Of a stretch of 59,900 nt of DNA, positions 47,708 to 58,311 are shown piece by piece. Under the pieces are notes generated by a model, which was not told the DNA's origin, ran no database searches, and saw only the letters and a list, made by a program, of their open reading frames with translations. The stretch comes from an uncultured Actinomycetota bacterium. GTDB taxonomy: Bacteria; Actinomycetota; Humimicrobiia; Humimicrobiales; Humimicrobiaceae. The stretch lies in the NCBI GenBank assembly GCA_964426155.1, contig CAYROY010000107.1, positions 1 through 59,900 of the forward strand, written 5' to 3'. Position 1 is the stretch's first letter; every line of letters begins with the position of its first letter. The translations under genes were made by a program, and so were the position numbers.

Positions 47708-47852
47708 TTATAAGAATAATTTTATACCTGGATAATTATATGATATTAATAAAAATAAATGTAGGATAAATGAAAATAGAAAAGATATTCAGGGTTTTAA
47801 GAATATTATTCAGGTTAAGGTTGTGGGCAGTGATAGAAGTGATAGAATCTTT

Positions 47853-47880
47853 TTGAAAGTATCAAATATATGAATATAAT
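47853..47880 (+). promoter_or_regulatory. Candidate promoter of the ilv-leu operon
   Basis: TTGAAA (47853-47858), 16-nt spacer, TATAAT (47875-47880). A tandem GTGATAGAA GTGATAGAA sits immediately upstream (47830-47847). Confidence 0.45.
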
Positions 47881-47960
47881 AAAAATTAGTAACAGTATAA
47901 TTGTTTTAAGGTATTATCTATGTTATTATAATCAATTATTGTTTTTACAGGGATTTAGAA

Positions 47961-48101
47961 ATGGAAATAATGAGAGACACAAGAGAGCTATTTTTTAAGA
48001 TTGAAAAAGGTTTTATTTTTAATAAATTTGCCGTTTTCTGCTTATTAGTGGTGGTCCTTATTATTTCTCTATGTGTCCTACCGGTGGGTATTATATCCTA
48101 G
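47961..48101 (+). CDS. Candidate Leu/Val/Ile-rich leader peptide of the ilv-leu operon (46 aa)
   Basis: MEIMRDTRELFFKIEKGFIFNKFAVFCLLVVVLIISLCVLPVGIIS. 15 of the last 22 codons are Leu/Val/Ile, including the run LLVVVLII at 48042-48065. It ends 112 nt before ilvD and its stop codon lies inside a hairpin arm. Confidence 0.45.
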   Translation: MEIMRDTRELFFKIEKGFIFNKFAVFCLLVVVLIISLCVLPVGIIS

Positions 48102-48150
48102 GTACAGGATATTTCTTATTCCCCAATCTTTATTTAATCCTGTATTTTTC
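48093..48150 (+). terminator. Candidate attenuator: antiterminator and terminator alternatives upstream of ilvD
   Basis: ATATCCT (48093-48099) can pair with AGGATAT (48106-48112). Alternatively TACAGGAT (48103-48110) pairs with ATCCTGTA (48137-48144), followed by TTTTTC. The two helices share 48106-48110, so they are mutually exclusive. The terminator loop is large (26 nt). Confidence 0.4.
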
Positions 48151-48213
48151 AAATTTAAAGGTTTTTGGGTTTTGCATATATTTTTTTAAAATTAAAAAAG
48201 AATAGGAGTAAAA

Positions 48214-49872
48214 TTGAGAAGCGACAAAATGAAAAAAGGAGTTTCAAGACTCCCTCACAGGTCTATATTTAAATCACTGGGTTTTACTGACATAGAAATA
48301 GAAAGGCCTATTATAGGGGTGGTTAATTCTTATAACGAACTTATACCCGGACATATGCACCTTAATAATATTGCAAAAGCTGTCAAGGCTGGAATAATGA
48401 TAGCAGGTGGAACGCCGCAGGAATTTAACACAATAGGTGTCTGTGACGGGGTAGCAATGAACCATACAGGCATGAAATACTCACTTGTTACCAGAGAGAT
48501 AATAGCTGACAGCGTAGAAGCAGTATCAATCGCACATCCTTTTGACGGACTGGTCCTTATACCATGCTGCGATAAGATAGTACCGGGTATGATAATGGGT
48601 GCACTCAGGCTTAATATTCCTGCAATCGTGATGAGCGGAGGTCCAATGATGGCCGGAAGATTTGGGGATGAGGACATAGACTACAGCACCACCTATGAAG
48701 CTATAGCCAGATATGGGAAGGGTGAATTGAAAGATGACGACATATATGAGATAGAAGAAGAGGCATGCCCGACTTGCGGCAGTTGTGCAGGGATGTTTAC
48801 TGCTAATTCCATGAACTGTTTGTCCGAAGCAATAGGGCTGGCTTTACCGGGTAACGGTACAATTCCTGCTGTATTCTCGAAAAGATTGAGGCTTGCGAAG
48901 GAAGCGGGGTTTAGAATAATGGATCTGGTAAGAAAAAATATCAGGCCCAGAGATATTGTAAATAGTGATTCTATAAGAAATGCAATTGCAGTGGATATGG
49001 CACTTGGATGTTCTACTAATACAATACTGCATCTTACTGCGATTGCAAGCGAGGCAAAAGTACCATTTACTTTAAAGCTTGTAAATGAAGTAAGTAACAG
49101 TACACCCAATCTCTGCAGGCTTAGCCCTGCCGGGAAACATCATGTCCAGGATCTCTATGCGGCAGGAGGTATAGGAGCGGTTATGAATGAGCTTTACAGG
49201 AACGGGCATATAAACGGCACATCCCTTACTGTGACCGGGAAGAAAGTAGCAGAAAACATATCTAATATTGAAATAAAAGACAATAATATAATAAGGACTG
49301 TTAAGAACCCTTACCAGAAGGATGGCGGACTGGCAATATTGTTTGGTAATCTCGCACCGGATGGCTGTGTTGTAAAAAGGTCGGCTGTTGATCCATCGAT
49401 GTATTACCATAAAGGAAAAGCAAGAGTCTTTGAGGCCGAAGAGGATTCACTTAATGCAATTATGAAAGGCATGATAAAACCCGGAGACGTAATAGTCATC
49501 AGATATGAAGGTCCAAGGGGAGGCCCGGGAATGCGTGAGATGCTTGCACCCACATCAGCTATTGCGGGATCAGGTCTTGATAAACAGGTAGCACTTATTA
49601 CAGATGGCAGATTTTCCGGTGCAACCAGAGGAGCCTCGATAGGGCATGTTTCCCCTGAAGCACAGGCAGGCGGGCCGATAGCAATAGTAGAAGAGGGCGA
49701 TTTTATAGAAATCGATATTCAAAAATATTCTATAAATCTTCTTGTTTCCGAAACGGAGATAAAAGACAGATTGAGTAAATGGAAACCGCCAGAATTAAAA
49801 ATAAAGGAAGGTTATATGGGAAGATATGCAAGACTTGTTCAATCTGCTGCTGAGGGTGCAATCTTAAAATAA
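48214..49872 (+). CDS. ilvD: Dihydroxy-acid dehydratase
   Basis: IlvD/Edd family: RSD..KKG..R.PHRS N-terminus, [36 protein letters not shown] start with an AGGAG RBS at 48204-48208. Confidence 0.95.
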   Translation: MRSDKMKKGVSRLPHRSIFKSLGFTDIEIERPIIGVVNSYNELIPGHMHLNNIAKAVKAGIMIAGGTPQEFNTIGVCDGVAMNHTGMKYSLVTREIIADSVEAVSIAHPFDGLVLIPCCDKIVPGMIMGALRLNIPAIVMSGGPMMAGRFGDEDIDYSTTYEAIARYGKGELKDDDIYEIEEEACPTCGSCAGMFTANSMNCLSEAIGLALPGNGTIPAVFSKRLRLAKEAGFRIMDLVRKNIRPRDIVNSDSIRNAIAVDMALGCSTNTILHLTAIASEAKVPFTLKLVNEVSNSTPNLCRLSPAGKHHVQDLYAAGGIGAVMNELYRNGHINGTSLTVTGKKVAENISNIEIKDNNIIRTVKNPYQKDGGLAILFGNLAPDGCVVKRSAVDPSMYYHKGKARVFEAEEDSLNAIMKGMIKPGDVIVIRYEGPRGGPGMREMLAPTSAIAGSGLDKQVALITDGRFSGATRGASIGHVSPEAQAGGPIAIVEEGDFIEIDIQKYSINLLVSETEIKDRLSKWKPPELKIKEGYMGRYARLVQSAAEGAILK

Positions 49873-49965
49873 TTAAAAATTTTATATATGAAATTGAATA
49901 AGAAGAAGATAGTGCTATAATTATGAAAGCACTGTTATAAAGTTGTTACAATATTGGGAGTTGAT

Positions 49966-51666
49966 ATGGGTAAGATAACAGGTTCAGAAATGTTAATAAG
50001 GTGTTTAAAGAAAGAAGGGGTTGAAGTTATATTCGGCATACCTGGTGGAGTGATGATACCTGTATATGACGCTTTATTCGAAAGTGATATAAGGCATATA
50101 CTGGTCAGACACGAGCAGTGCGCCGCACATGCTGCAGACGGATATGCCAGGGCTACTGGAAGGACTGGCGTATGTATGGCCACATCAGGTCCAGGTGCCA
50201 CAAATCTTGTAACGGGTATAGCAAATGCATATATGGATTCTATCCCTATTGTAGCCATAACAGGTCAGGTAGCAAGTTCAATGATCGGAACTGATGCATT
50301 TCAGGAAGCAGATACAACAGGGATAACAGCACCGATAACCAAACATAATTATCTGGTAAAGAGCCCCGAAGAGCTGCCTTTTATCGTTAAAGAAGCCTTT
50401 TATATAGCTTCAACCGGAAGGCCGGGTCCGGTATTGATCGATATTCCTGTAGATATATCCACTGCAATGGTAGATGAAAAAAAGATTGATGAAGCTATTA
50501 AGCTACCCGGATACAAACCGACAATCAAGGGCAACAAAAAACAGATAAAAGAAGCAGCATTCAGAATATACAACAGTAAAAGGCCTGTTGTGTTCGCCGG
50601 TGGGGGAGTTGTTTCTTCGAATGCAAGCATGGAGCTTAGAAAGCTCGTAAAAACAATAGAAGCACCAGTTATAACATCTCTTCTTGGAAAAGGCTGCTAT
50701 CCAGAAACTGATATCCTTTCATTGGGCATGGCGGGTATGCATGGGGCCAAATATGCAAATATAACATTCACCGACACGGACCTTATTATAGCCATAGGAG
50801 TCAGGTTTGATGACAGGGTTACTGGAAAATTGTCAGAATTTGCAAAAAACGCAGGTGTTATACATATTGATATAGACCCGGCAGAGATAGGTAAGAATGT
50901 TGCAGTTAACGTTCCGGTTGTAGGAGATGCAAAAAACGTGATGGAAGAGCTGGAGAAGGCTTACAGGGAGATTGAGAAAAAAAAGGGTAAAAATGAAAGG
51001 AATGACTGGCTGAAAAGAATAGAAATGCTAAAAAAGCAGTATCCCCTCAAATATGACAGGGATTCTGATGCGGTTAAACCAGGATATGTTATTGAAAAAA
51101 TATATGAGCTTACCAGAGGTGATGCAATCATATGTACCGAAGTGGGCCAGAATCAGATGTGGACCTCCCAGTACTATAAATTTAAAGAACCCCGTAGACT
51201 AATAACTTCCGGAGGACTGGGCACAATGGGTTTTGGTTTCCCTGCTGCGATAGGGGCGAAGATCGGGGTGCCTGATAAAACAGTAATAGATATAGCCGGT
51301 GATGGGAGTATCCAGATGGTATCTCAGGAGATGGCCACTGCTACTTCAAATAATATACCTGTAAAGATAATGATCCTTAACAATGGCTACCTTGGAATGG
51401 TAAGACAGTGGCAGGAATTATTCTGGAAAAAGAGATATTCGCATACAGGTATATACAGCGGTGTTGATTTTGTTAAACTTGTTGAAGCATATGGCGGGGC
51501 AGGTATAAGGGTTACAAAAAAAGATGAAGTAGAAGATGCTATAAGAGAAGCCCTTAAGATCGATAAACTGGTCCTGGTAGATTTCTTGATAGAAAGGGAG
51601 GAAAACGTGTTTCCAATGGTTGCTCCTGGTTCTACCATAGATAAAATGATAGAAGAGAGTAGGTAG
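49966..51666 (+). CDS. ilvB: Acetolactate synthase large (catalytic) subunit
   Basis: ThDP enzyme: FGIPGG, HEQ.AAH.ADGYAR.TG, GPGATN, and the ThDP-binding motif GDGSIQM...LNNGYLGMV. GGGAG RBS precedes ATG 49966. Confidence 0.95.
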   Translation: MGKITGSEMLIRCLKKEGVEVIFGIPGGVMIPVYDALFESDIRHILVRHEQCAAHAADGYARATGRTGVCMATSGPGATNLVTGIANAYMDSIPIVAITGQVASSMIGTDAFQEADTTGITAPITKHNYLVKSPEELPFIVKEAFYIASTGRPGPVLIDIPVDISTAMVDEKKIDEAIKLPGYKPTIKGNKKQIKEAAFRIYNSKRPVVFAGGGVVSSNASMELRKLVKTIEAPVITSLLGKGCYPETDILSLGMAGMHGAKYANITFTDTDLIIAIGVRFDDRVTGKLSEFAKNAGVIHIDIDPAEIGKNVAVNVPVVGDAKNVMEELEKAYREIEKKKGKNERNDWLKRIEMLKKQYPLKYDRDSDAVKPGYVIEKIYELTRGDAIICTEVGQNQMWTSQYYKFKEPRRLITSGGLGTMGFGFPAAIGAKIGVPDKTVIDIAGDGSIQMVSQEMATATSNNIPVKIMILNNGYLGMVRQWQELFWKKRYSHTGIYSGVDFVKLVEAYGGAGIRVTKKDEVEDAIREALKIDKLVLVDFLIEREENVFPMVAPGSTIDKMIEESR

Positions 51667-51673
51667 GTTCACT

Positions 51674-52156
51674 ATGAAACATATAATATCGGTTCTCGTG
51701 GAAAATAAATCAGGGGTACTTGCCAAGGTTGCAGGACTATTCAGCAGAAGGGGTTTCAATATTGAAAGCCTTGCAGTAGGTCCAACAGAGGACACAGCAA
51801 TATCCAGGATAACACTGGTTGCTGATGCTGAGGAACACAGCATAGAACAGATAACAAAACAATTATATAAACTGATAAATGTAATAAAAATTCAGGAGCT
51901 TGACCCTATAAATATTGTGGAAAGGGAGCTTCTTCTTATTAAAGTAAGTGCTGATTCAAGGACGAGGCCAGAGATACTTGAGATTGTCAGTATATTCAGG
52001 GCTAATATTGTAGATGTTGGTAAGAAAACTCTTATGATAGAAATAACCGGTAACAACAGCAAAGTAAGGGCCCTGGAGGATCTTTTAAAGCCCTTTGGAA
52101 TACTTGAACTTGTAAGGACCGGTAAAATCGCCTGCACGAGGGGTTCTAAGACGTAA
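51674..52156 (+). CDS. ilvN: Acetolactate synthase small (regulatory) subunit
   Basis: ACT domain HIISVLVENKSGVLAKVAGLFSRRGFNIESL plus the AHAS small-subunit C-terminal domain. Confidence 0.95.
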   Translation: MKHIISVLVENKSGVLAKVAGLFSRRGFNIESLAVGPTEDTAISRITLVADAEEHSIEQITKQLYKLINVIKIQELDPINIVERELLLIKVSADSRTRPEILEIVSIFRANIVDVGKKTLMIEITGNNSKVRALEDLLKPFGILELVRTGKIACTRGSKT

Positions 52157-52193
52157 ATATTTGTAAACTTTAATTTTATAGAAGGAAGGATGG

Positions 52194-53360
52194 ATGTTAA
52201 AAAAATATATATTGACTCCTGGACCTACAGCAATTTCAGAGGATGTGCTTATAGAACATGGAAGACCTCTTATTCACCACAGGTCTCCAGAATTCGGTAA
52301 TATATTTTCAGAGGTCCTTGAAAAATTAAAGAAACTTTACAGGACGAACAATGATGTATTTGTGTTGACTTCCTCGGGTACGGGAGCGATGGAAGCAGCA
52401 GTGACAAATTCTTTTAAAAAAGGAGACAGGGTCCTGGTAGCAAGTAGTGGAAAATTTGGGGAAAGATTCAAGGAGGTCAGTGAGGAATTTGGCCTGGAAG
52501 TAATTCATCTTGACTATACGTGGGGCAGTGCAGTAAATCCCGGAGATATACGAGAAAGACTTGAGTCAGATAATAAAATAATGGCTGTGATGGTAACACA
52601 TAGTGAGACCTCTACAGGTGTGATCAATAATATAGAATCTATTGGAGATATAGTTAAGGATTATCCTGCTATTCTAATAGTGGATGCTATAACTGGTCTG
52701 GTAACGACAGACCTTGAAACAGACAGATGGCATCTTGACATGGTAATAGGCGGGTCACAGAAAGGTATAAGCGCTCCTACGGGTGTTGCGTTTATAAGCG
52801 TGAGCGACAAGGCATGGAAATTAATAGAACAGTCCGATCTTCCAAGATATTATTTTGACCTCAAAGCAGCCAGGAAAGCAATGCAAAAAAATCCTCCCCA
52901 GACTCCCTGGACGCCGGGAATCTCAATAATAATGGCTATTAATAAAGCCCTTGATATTCTATTTGAAGAAGGTATGGAAAAGGCTTTTGAGAGACACAGG
53001 GCTATGGCGAATGCATGTTGGGTAGGAGCTGAAGCTCTGGGTCTTGAGCTTCTAGTGGCAGACGAGGACAGCAGAGGTTTTTCGACTACTGCCATAAAAG
53101 TCCCGGAAAACATAGACGGCAAGGAACTTGTAAAAATGATGAGAGTCAAATATGGTGTTACTATAACAGGCGGACAGGGAAAGCTTGCCGGTAAAATAAT
53201 TAGAATAGGCCATCTCGGATATGTGGGCATGTTTGATATAATTATAGCTTTTTCAGCTCTTGAAATGGCACTTTCAGATCTTGGTTTCAAATTTAAAACG
53301 GGTGCAGCATTAAGTGCTGTACAGGAAGTGTTTATGCACAATAATTATTTTAATATTTAA
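52194..53360 (+). CDS. Class V (AGT/SerC-like) PLP-dependent aminotransferase, possible phosphoserine aminotransferase
   Basis: LTPGPT start, SSGTGAMEA, THSETSTGV, and the PLP-lysine context GGSQKG. Lies immediately upstream of serA. Confidence 0.8.
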   Translation: MLKKYILTPGPTAISEDVLIEHGRPLIHHRSPEFGNIFSEVLEKLKKLYRTNNDVFVLTSSGTGAMEAAVTNSFKKGDRVLVASSGKFGERFKEVSEEFGLEVIHLDYTWGSAVNPGDIRERLESDNKIMAVMVTHSETSTGVINNIESIGDIVKDYPAILIVDAITGLVTTDLETDRWHLDMVIGGSQKGISAPTGVAFISVSDKAWKLIEQSDLPRYYFDLKAARKAMQKNPPQTPWTPGISIIMAINKALDILFEEGMEKAFERHRAMANACWVGAEALGLELLVADEDSRGFSTTAIKVPENIDGKELVKMMRVKYGVTITGGQGKLAGKIIRIGHLGYVGMFDIIIAFSALEMALSDLGFKFKTGAALSAVQEVFMHNNYFNI

Positions 53361-53372
53361 ATAGAGATTATC

Positions 53373-54977
53373 ATGAAAAGAATAAAAAAGAAGGTATTGA
53401 TAACAGATGGACTTGCTGTAGAGGCTTTAGATAAATTAGGGGAGCATTTTACGGTTGATGAAAAAAAGGGTATTTCAAGGGATGAATTGAAAAGAATAAT
53501 ACCACAATATCATGCTCTTATAATAAGAAGTTCGACCAGGGTTGATTCGTCAATAATTGAAGAAGCAGATAAAATGGAAATAATAGGAAGAGCTGGTATC
53601 GGAGTTGATAATATCGATCTGGAAGCTGCTACAAAAAAGGGGATAATAGTGGTAAATGCACCCGCAAGTAATTCTGTTACCGTAGCGGAGCATACAATAG
53701 CTCTTATGCTTGCACTTGCCAGGAAAATTCCCAGGGCTAATTTTTCCCTTAAGCAGGGAAAATGGGAGAAATCAAAACTAAAGGGAGTGGAGATAGAGGG
53801 TAAAACCCTGGGAATTGTGGGATTTGGCCAGATTGGAGGGCTTGTAGCTAAAAAGGTTATCGGACTGGGCATGAATGTGATAGCATATGATCCATTTGTT
53901 ACAGAGGACCGCTTCAGGCATCTTGGAATAAAAAAGGCTGGAAAGCTCGAGGACCTATATAGTGAATCAGATTTTATTTCAATACATCTGCCCAAAAACA
54001 GGGATACTATTGGAATGTTTGATAAAAAAGAATTATACAAGATGAAAAAGGGAACAGCTATACTAAACGTTGCCAGAGGGGGCATATTAGTGGAAAAAGA
54101 TCTGGCAGAATCTATTAAAGAGGGGCATATAGGCGGTGCTGCACTTGATGTTTATGATAGTGAACCCTGTACAGATTCACCGGTATTTGAACTGGAAGAT
54201 GTGGTATGCACACCACATCTCGGTGCTTCTACGACAGAAGCCCAGAGCCGTGCAGGTATTATAATAGCTGAGCAGGTAATAGAGGTACTGGGTGGAGGAA
54301 CACCAAAATTTCCTGTAAATGCACCGTCAGTAAGACCCGAGCAGATGGAAGCCCTTTCTCCTTTTTTTGAACTTGTTGAAGATATGGGCAGCCTTTTTAT
54401 AAACCTATTTGAAGGTGATCTAAACAGGATAAATATTGGTTATCATGGAAAGGTATCAGAATATGATGTAAGGGTTCTAACGTCTATGATACTGGTAAAG
54501 ATAATGGGAAAGCATACAGCTGAAAACGTAAATGTTATAAATGCAGACCTTATTGCAAAAGAGGCAGGGCTGAAAATAAAAGTTGAGAAAAACAGTGAAT
54601 CCAGTGATTATGTCAACCTTATTACCATAAAGGGTACAGGACCCGACAGTGATTTTTCAGTATCCGGTACAATAACAGGCAAGAAGAATATTCCAAGGTT
54701 TATATCAATAGATAAATTTGAGATAGACATGGCTCCTTCAGAGCATATGGCATTTATAAGGTATAAGGATATACCTGGACAGATAGGAAAGATAGGCACC
54801 GCATTTGGGAAACTTAATGTTAATATTGCTGCTATGCACGTGGGCCGCAAGAAAATGAGCGGAAATGCAGTTATGGGCCTCAATCTTGATAGTGAAGTAA
54901 CTGATACAATGGTTGAAGAGTTTAAGAAATCCTCTGGATTCAGCAGCATAAAGATTGTTAATCTATACAGGAAATGA
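53373..54977 (+). CDS. serA: D-3-phosphoglycerate dehydrogenase (long form with ASB and ACT domains)
   Basis: NAD fold GIVGFGQIGG, LNVARGG, the TPHLGAST catalytic region, about 530 aa in length, and a C-terminal ACT-like segment (DIPGQIGKIGTAFG). Confidence 0.9.
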   Translation: MKRIKKKVLITDGLAVEALDKLGEHFTVDEKKGISRDELKRIIPQYHALIIRSSTRVDSSIIEEADKMEIIGRAGIGVDNIDLEAATKKGIIVVNAPASNSVTVAEHTIALMLALARKIPRANFSLKQGKWEKSKLKGVEIEGKTLGIVGFGQIGGLVAKKVIGLGMNVIAYDPFVTEDRFRHLGIKKAGKLEDLYSESDFISIHLPKNRDTIGMFDKKELYKMKKGTAILNVARGGILVEKDLAESIKEGHIGGAALDVYDSEPCTDSPVFELEDVVCTPHLGASTTEAQSRAGIIIAEQVIEVLGGGTPKFPVNAPSVRPEQMEALSPFFELVEDMGSLFINLFEGDLNRINIGYHGKVSEYDVRVLTSMILVKIMGKHTAENVNVINADLIAKEAGLKIKVEKNSESSDYVNLITIKGTGPDSDFSVSGTITGKKNIPRFISIDKFEIDMAPSEHMAFIRYKDIPGQIGKIGTAFGKLNVNIAAMHVGRKKMSGNAVMGLNLDSEVTDTMVEEFKKSSGFSSIKIVNLYRK

Positions 54978-54987
54978 AAATATTATT

Positions 54988-56526
54988 ATGGAAGATAAGA
55001 TTTATATTTTTGATACGACCTTAAGGGATGGAGAGCAGGCTCCGGGAATACATTTAAATGTAAGGGAAAAGGTCGAGATCGCAGAACAACTGTCCAGGTT
55101 AAACGTGGACATAATTGAAGCAGGTTTTCCGGTATCTTCAGCAAGTGATTTTGAATCTGTTAAGGAGATATCAATAAAGATAAAGGACAGGAGGATTGCT
55201 GCACTTTGCAGGGCTAATGACGGTGATATAGAGATAGCGGGAGAAGCACTGAAAAAAGCGGTAAATCCAGTGATTCATACTTTTATATCTTCTTCGGACA
55301 TCCATCTAAAGTATCAGTTCAAAATGACAAGGCAGCATGCTCTTGAAATGGCAGGCAGGGCTGTAAAAAAAAGCAGGCAGTATACTGATGCAGTGGAGTT
55401 TTCAGCGATGGATGCTACAAGAAGTGATAGGGATTTTCTATGCAGGATGTTTGAGGAAGCAATTAAAAAAGGTGCAAGTATTATAAATATTCCGGATACA
55501 GTAGGGTATGCTCTTCCGGAAGAATTTTCAAATTTGATCGATTATGTTCTGACTAATGTGGATGGTATAGAAGATGTCATAGTAAGCGTTCACTGTCATA
55601 ATGATCTCGGACTTGCTGTTGCAAATTCTTTAATGGCGCTAGCCCATGGCGCAAGACAGGTAGAGTGCGCCGTAAATGGGATAGGTGAGAGGGCAGGGAA
55701 TGCTTCTCTTGAGGAACTAGCTATGATAATAAATACACGTGGGCAAGAAATGGGGATAAAGACAGATATCAGAACTGAAGAAATAATAAGAACCAGCAAT
55801 CTTGTAAAATCTCTTACAGGATATTTAATAGCACCAAATAAAGCTATTGTCGGCAAAAATGCATTTGCACATGAGTCAGGTATCCATCAGGACGGGATGC
55901 TGAAAGAAAGGTCTACATACGAAATAATAAAACCACAGGATATTGGTCTGGGGGATTCCAGACTTGTACTGGGTAAACATTCAGGAAGGCATGCATTTTT
56001 TGAAAAGGTAAGTGAGATGGGGCTAAAGCTAAAAGATGAAGACCTTGAGAGTGCCTTTGAGAGATTTAAAAATCTTGCTGAGAAAAAAGGGGCTATAAAT
56101 GATGATGATCTAAGAGCAATAGTAACAGATAAGATCAGGGAAGCAGGAGAACACTATTTTCTTAAAAATTATGAGGTTCATAGCGGTTCCAGCATTAAGG
56201 CTAAATCGACTGTTTGTATTGTAGTTGATAAAAAAGAAAAAGAAGCATCAGCAGATGGTGACGGCCCCATAGATGCATCTTTTAAAGCAATTGATAAAAT
56301 AACAGGCATAGATACGGTATTGGTTGATTATAATATTGAAGCTGTGTCTGCGGGTAAGGATGCTATCGGACAGGTTAAGATAATAGTAAGTGCAGAAGAA
56401 AATGAAGTAATGGGAAGTGGAATCTCAACTGACATAGTGGAAGCCAGTATCAATGCATATATAGATGCAGCAAACAGACTTAGATCGATAATAAAGAATA
56501 GTGAGCAAAGGGGAAATGTAAATTGA
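54988..56526 (+). CDS. leuA: 2-isopropylmalate synthase
   Basis: [42 protein letters not shown], and a C-terminal LeuA allosteric domain. ATG 54988 avoids overlap with serA. Confidence 0.9.
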   Translation: MEDKIYIFDTTLRDGEQAPGIHLNVREKVEIAEQLSRLNVDIIEAGFPVSSASDFESVKEISIKIKDRRIAALCRANDGDIEIAGEALKKAVNPVIHTFISSSDIHLKYQFKMTRQHALEMAGRAVKKSRQYTDAVEFSAMDATRSDRDFLCRMFEEAIKKGASIINIPDTVGYALPEEFSNLIDYVLTNVDGIEDVIVSVHCHNDLGLAVANSLMALAHGARQVECAVNGIGERAGNASLEELAMIINTRGQEMGIKTDIRTEEIIRTSNLVKSLTGYLIAPNKAIVGKNAFAHESGIHQDGMLKERSTYEIIKPQDIGLGDSRLVLGKHSGRHAFFEKVSEMGLKLKDEDLESAFERFKNLAEKKGAINDDDLRAIVTDKIREAGEHYFLKNYEVHSGSSIKAKSTVCIVVDKKEKEASADGDGPIDASFKAIDKITGIDTVLVDYNIEAVSAGKDAIGQVKIIVSAEENEVMGSGISTDIVEASINAYIDAANRLRSIIKNSEQRGNVN

Positions 56527-57803
56527 ATAATATAAAAAAGCCGCAGACAATTGCGCAGAAGATACTTGCTGCACATGCTGGAAGGGAGCATGTAAGTGAA
56601 GGAGAGATAATAGAAGCTTCATTAGATATAACCCTGGGCAATGATATAACTATGCCCCTTGCTATTGAAGAATTTAAAAAGATGGGTGCCAGGAAAGTTT
56701 TTGATATAAATAGGGTTGTCATGGTACCTGATCATTTTACACCCAACAAGGATATTAAATCCGCCGAGCAGTGCAAAATAATGAGGAACTTTGCAAAGGA
56801 ACAAAATATAGTCAATTATTTCGAAGTAGGCCAGATGGGAATAGAGCACGCACTGCTGCCCGAGAAAGGGATAGTACTCCCGGGGCAACTTGTTGTGGGA
56901 GCAGATTCGCATACCTGCACCTATGGTGCACTGGGTGCCGCATCTACTGGTATAGGAAGTACTGATCTGGCAGTTGCAATGGCTACAGGAAAGTTATGGT
57001 TTATGGTTCCCGGTACAATAAAATTTATTTTTACAGGAGTTCCGGGAAAATGGGTAACAGGAAAGGATATAATATTGTATATAATCGGTATGATAGGGGT
57101 TGACGGAGCACTCTATAAATCTATGGAATTTTCCGGCCCTGCAGTAAACCTGCTTTCGATGGATTCTAGGTTTACTATTTCCAATATGGCTATTGAAGCA
57201 GGCGGAAAATTTGGAATATTCGAAGTTGATGATAAAACAATCGAATATGTAAGGTCAAGGAGTAAAAAGGAATACACTATATATAAAAGTGACGAAGATG
57301 CAGAATATGAAAATATTATTTATATAGACTGTTCGGAAATAGAGCTCCAGGTTGCTTTTCCCCACCTTCCTTCAAATACCAGAAGTGCATCTGACTCTGA
57401 GGATATTAAAATAGATCAGGTAGTAATTGGTTCATGTACTAACGGGAGAATGGAAGATCTCAGAATGGCTGCAGAGATATTAAAGGGCAGGAAAGTTGCC
57501 AGGGGTATAAGAACAATAATAATACCCGCAACACAGAAGATCTATCTCGATGCTCTAAGAGAGGGTCTTATAGAGATCTTTATTGAATCTGGCTGCGTGG
57601 TGAGTACGCCTACATGCGGTCCGTGTCTGGGGGGACATATGGGGGTTCTTGCTGAAGGAGAAAGGGCAGTATCGACTACTAACAGAAACTTTGTTGGAAG
57701 AATGGGGCATCCAAAAAGCGAAGTTTATCTAAGCGGGCCCGCGGTAGCTGCAGCCTCTGCAATAACTGGAACGATAACAACACCGGAGGAGATATTATTA
57801 TGA
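56523..57803 (+). CDS. leuC: 3-isopropylmalate dehydratase large subunit (about 420-aa type)
   Basis: Aconitase-family motifs [23 protein letters not shown] start overlaps the leuA stop. Confidence 0.9.
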   Translation: MNNIKKPQTIAQKILAAHAGREHVSEGEIIEASLDITLGNDITMPLAIEEFKKMGARKVFDINRVVMVPDHFTPNKDIKSAEQCKIMRNFAKEQNIVNYFEVGQMGIEHALLPEKGIVLPGQLVVGADSHTCTYGALGAASTGIGSTDLAVAMATGKLWFMVPGTIKFIFTGVPGKWVTGKDIILYIIGMIGVDGALYKSMEFSGPAVNLLSMDSRFTISNMAIEAGGKFGIFEVDDKTIEYVRSRSKKEYTIYKSDEDAEYENIIYIDCSEIELQVAFPHLPSNTRSASDSEDIKIDQVVIGSCTNGRMEDLRMAAEILKGRKVARGIRTIIIPATQKIYLDALREGLIEIFIESGCVVSTPTCGPCLGGHMGVLAEGERAVSTTNRNFVGRMGHPKSEVYLSGPAVAAASAITGTITTPEEILL

Positions 57804-58297
57804 TAATAAAAGACAGGGTTATAAAATATGGTGACAATGTCGATACTGATGTTATTATCCCTGCAAGATATCTTAATACCACATCAGAAAAAGAACTTGC
57901 ACTACATTGCTTTGAGGATCTTGACGAAAAATTCAGGGATAAAGTGAAAACCAGAAAAATAATAGTGGGGGGAGAAAATTTTGGCTGTGGATCTTCAAGA
58001 GAGCATGCCCCGCTATCTATCAAAGCAAGTGGAGTAAAGGCTGTAATAGCCAGATCGTTTGCAAGAATATTTTACAGGAATGCTATAAATATCGGACTAC
58101 CGGTTATGATAAGCAGTGAAGTGATTGATATTGATGATAATGATGAGCTGGAAATAGATCTGGACAAAGGTAAAATCAGAGATATGACAAATGGTAAGGT
58201 TTTTAGTATACCCCCGCTGCCTGATTTTATACAAAAGATTATAGCGAGCGGAGGATATGTCAATTTTATCAAGCGCAAGCTTTTTAATGAAAGATGA
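57800..58297 (+). CDS. leuD: 3-isopropylmalate dehydratase small subunit
   Basis: 165 aa with [14 protein letters not shown] and [17 protein letters not shown] overlap with leuC. Confidence 0.9.
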   Translation: MIIKDRVIKYGDNVDTDVIIPARYLNTTSEKELALHCFEDLDEKFRDKVKTRKIIVGGENFGCGSSREHAPLSIKASGVKAVIARSFARIFYRNAINIGLPVMISSEVIDIDDNDELEIDLDKGKIRDMTNGKVFSIPPLPDFIQKIIASGGYVNFIKRKLFNER

Positions 58298-58311
58298 TTT
58301 TTTAATTAAAA

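Noticed and set aside
47770-47856. 28-codon ORF upstream of the ilv leader
   Set aside because: The AGGA motif is only 3 nt from the ATG, and the ORF overlaps the predicted -35 and so would lie upstream of the TSS. It is probably non-coding.
49909-49935. 8-bp hairpin (ATAGTGCT...AGCACTGT) between ilvD and ilvB
   Set aside because: No U-tract follows, so it is not called as a terminator. It could be an mRNA stability or processing element, but the evidence is thin.
53510-54085. 191-aa antisense ORF opposite serA (similar cases opposite ilvD, the aminotransferase, leuA and leuC)
   Set aside because: These are shadow ORFs of confidently identified genes, with no motifs.
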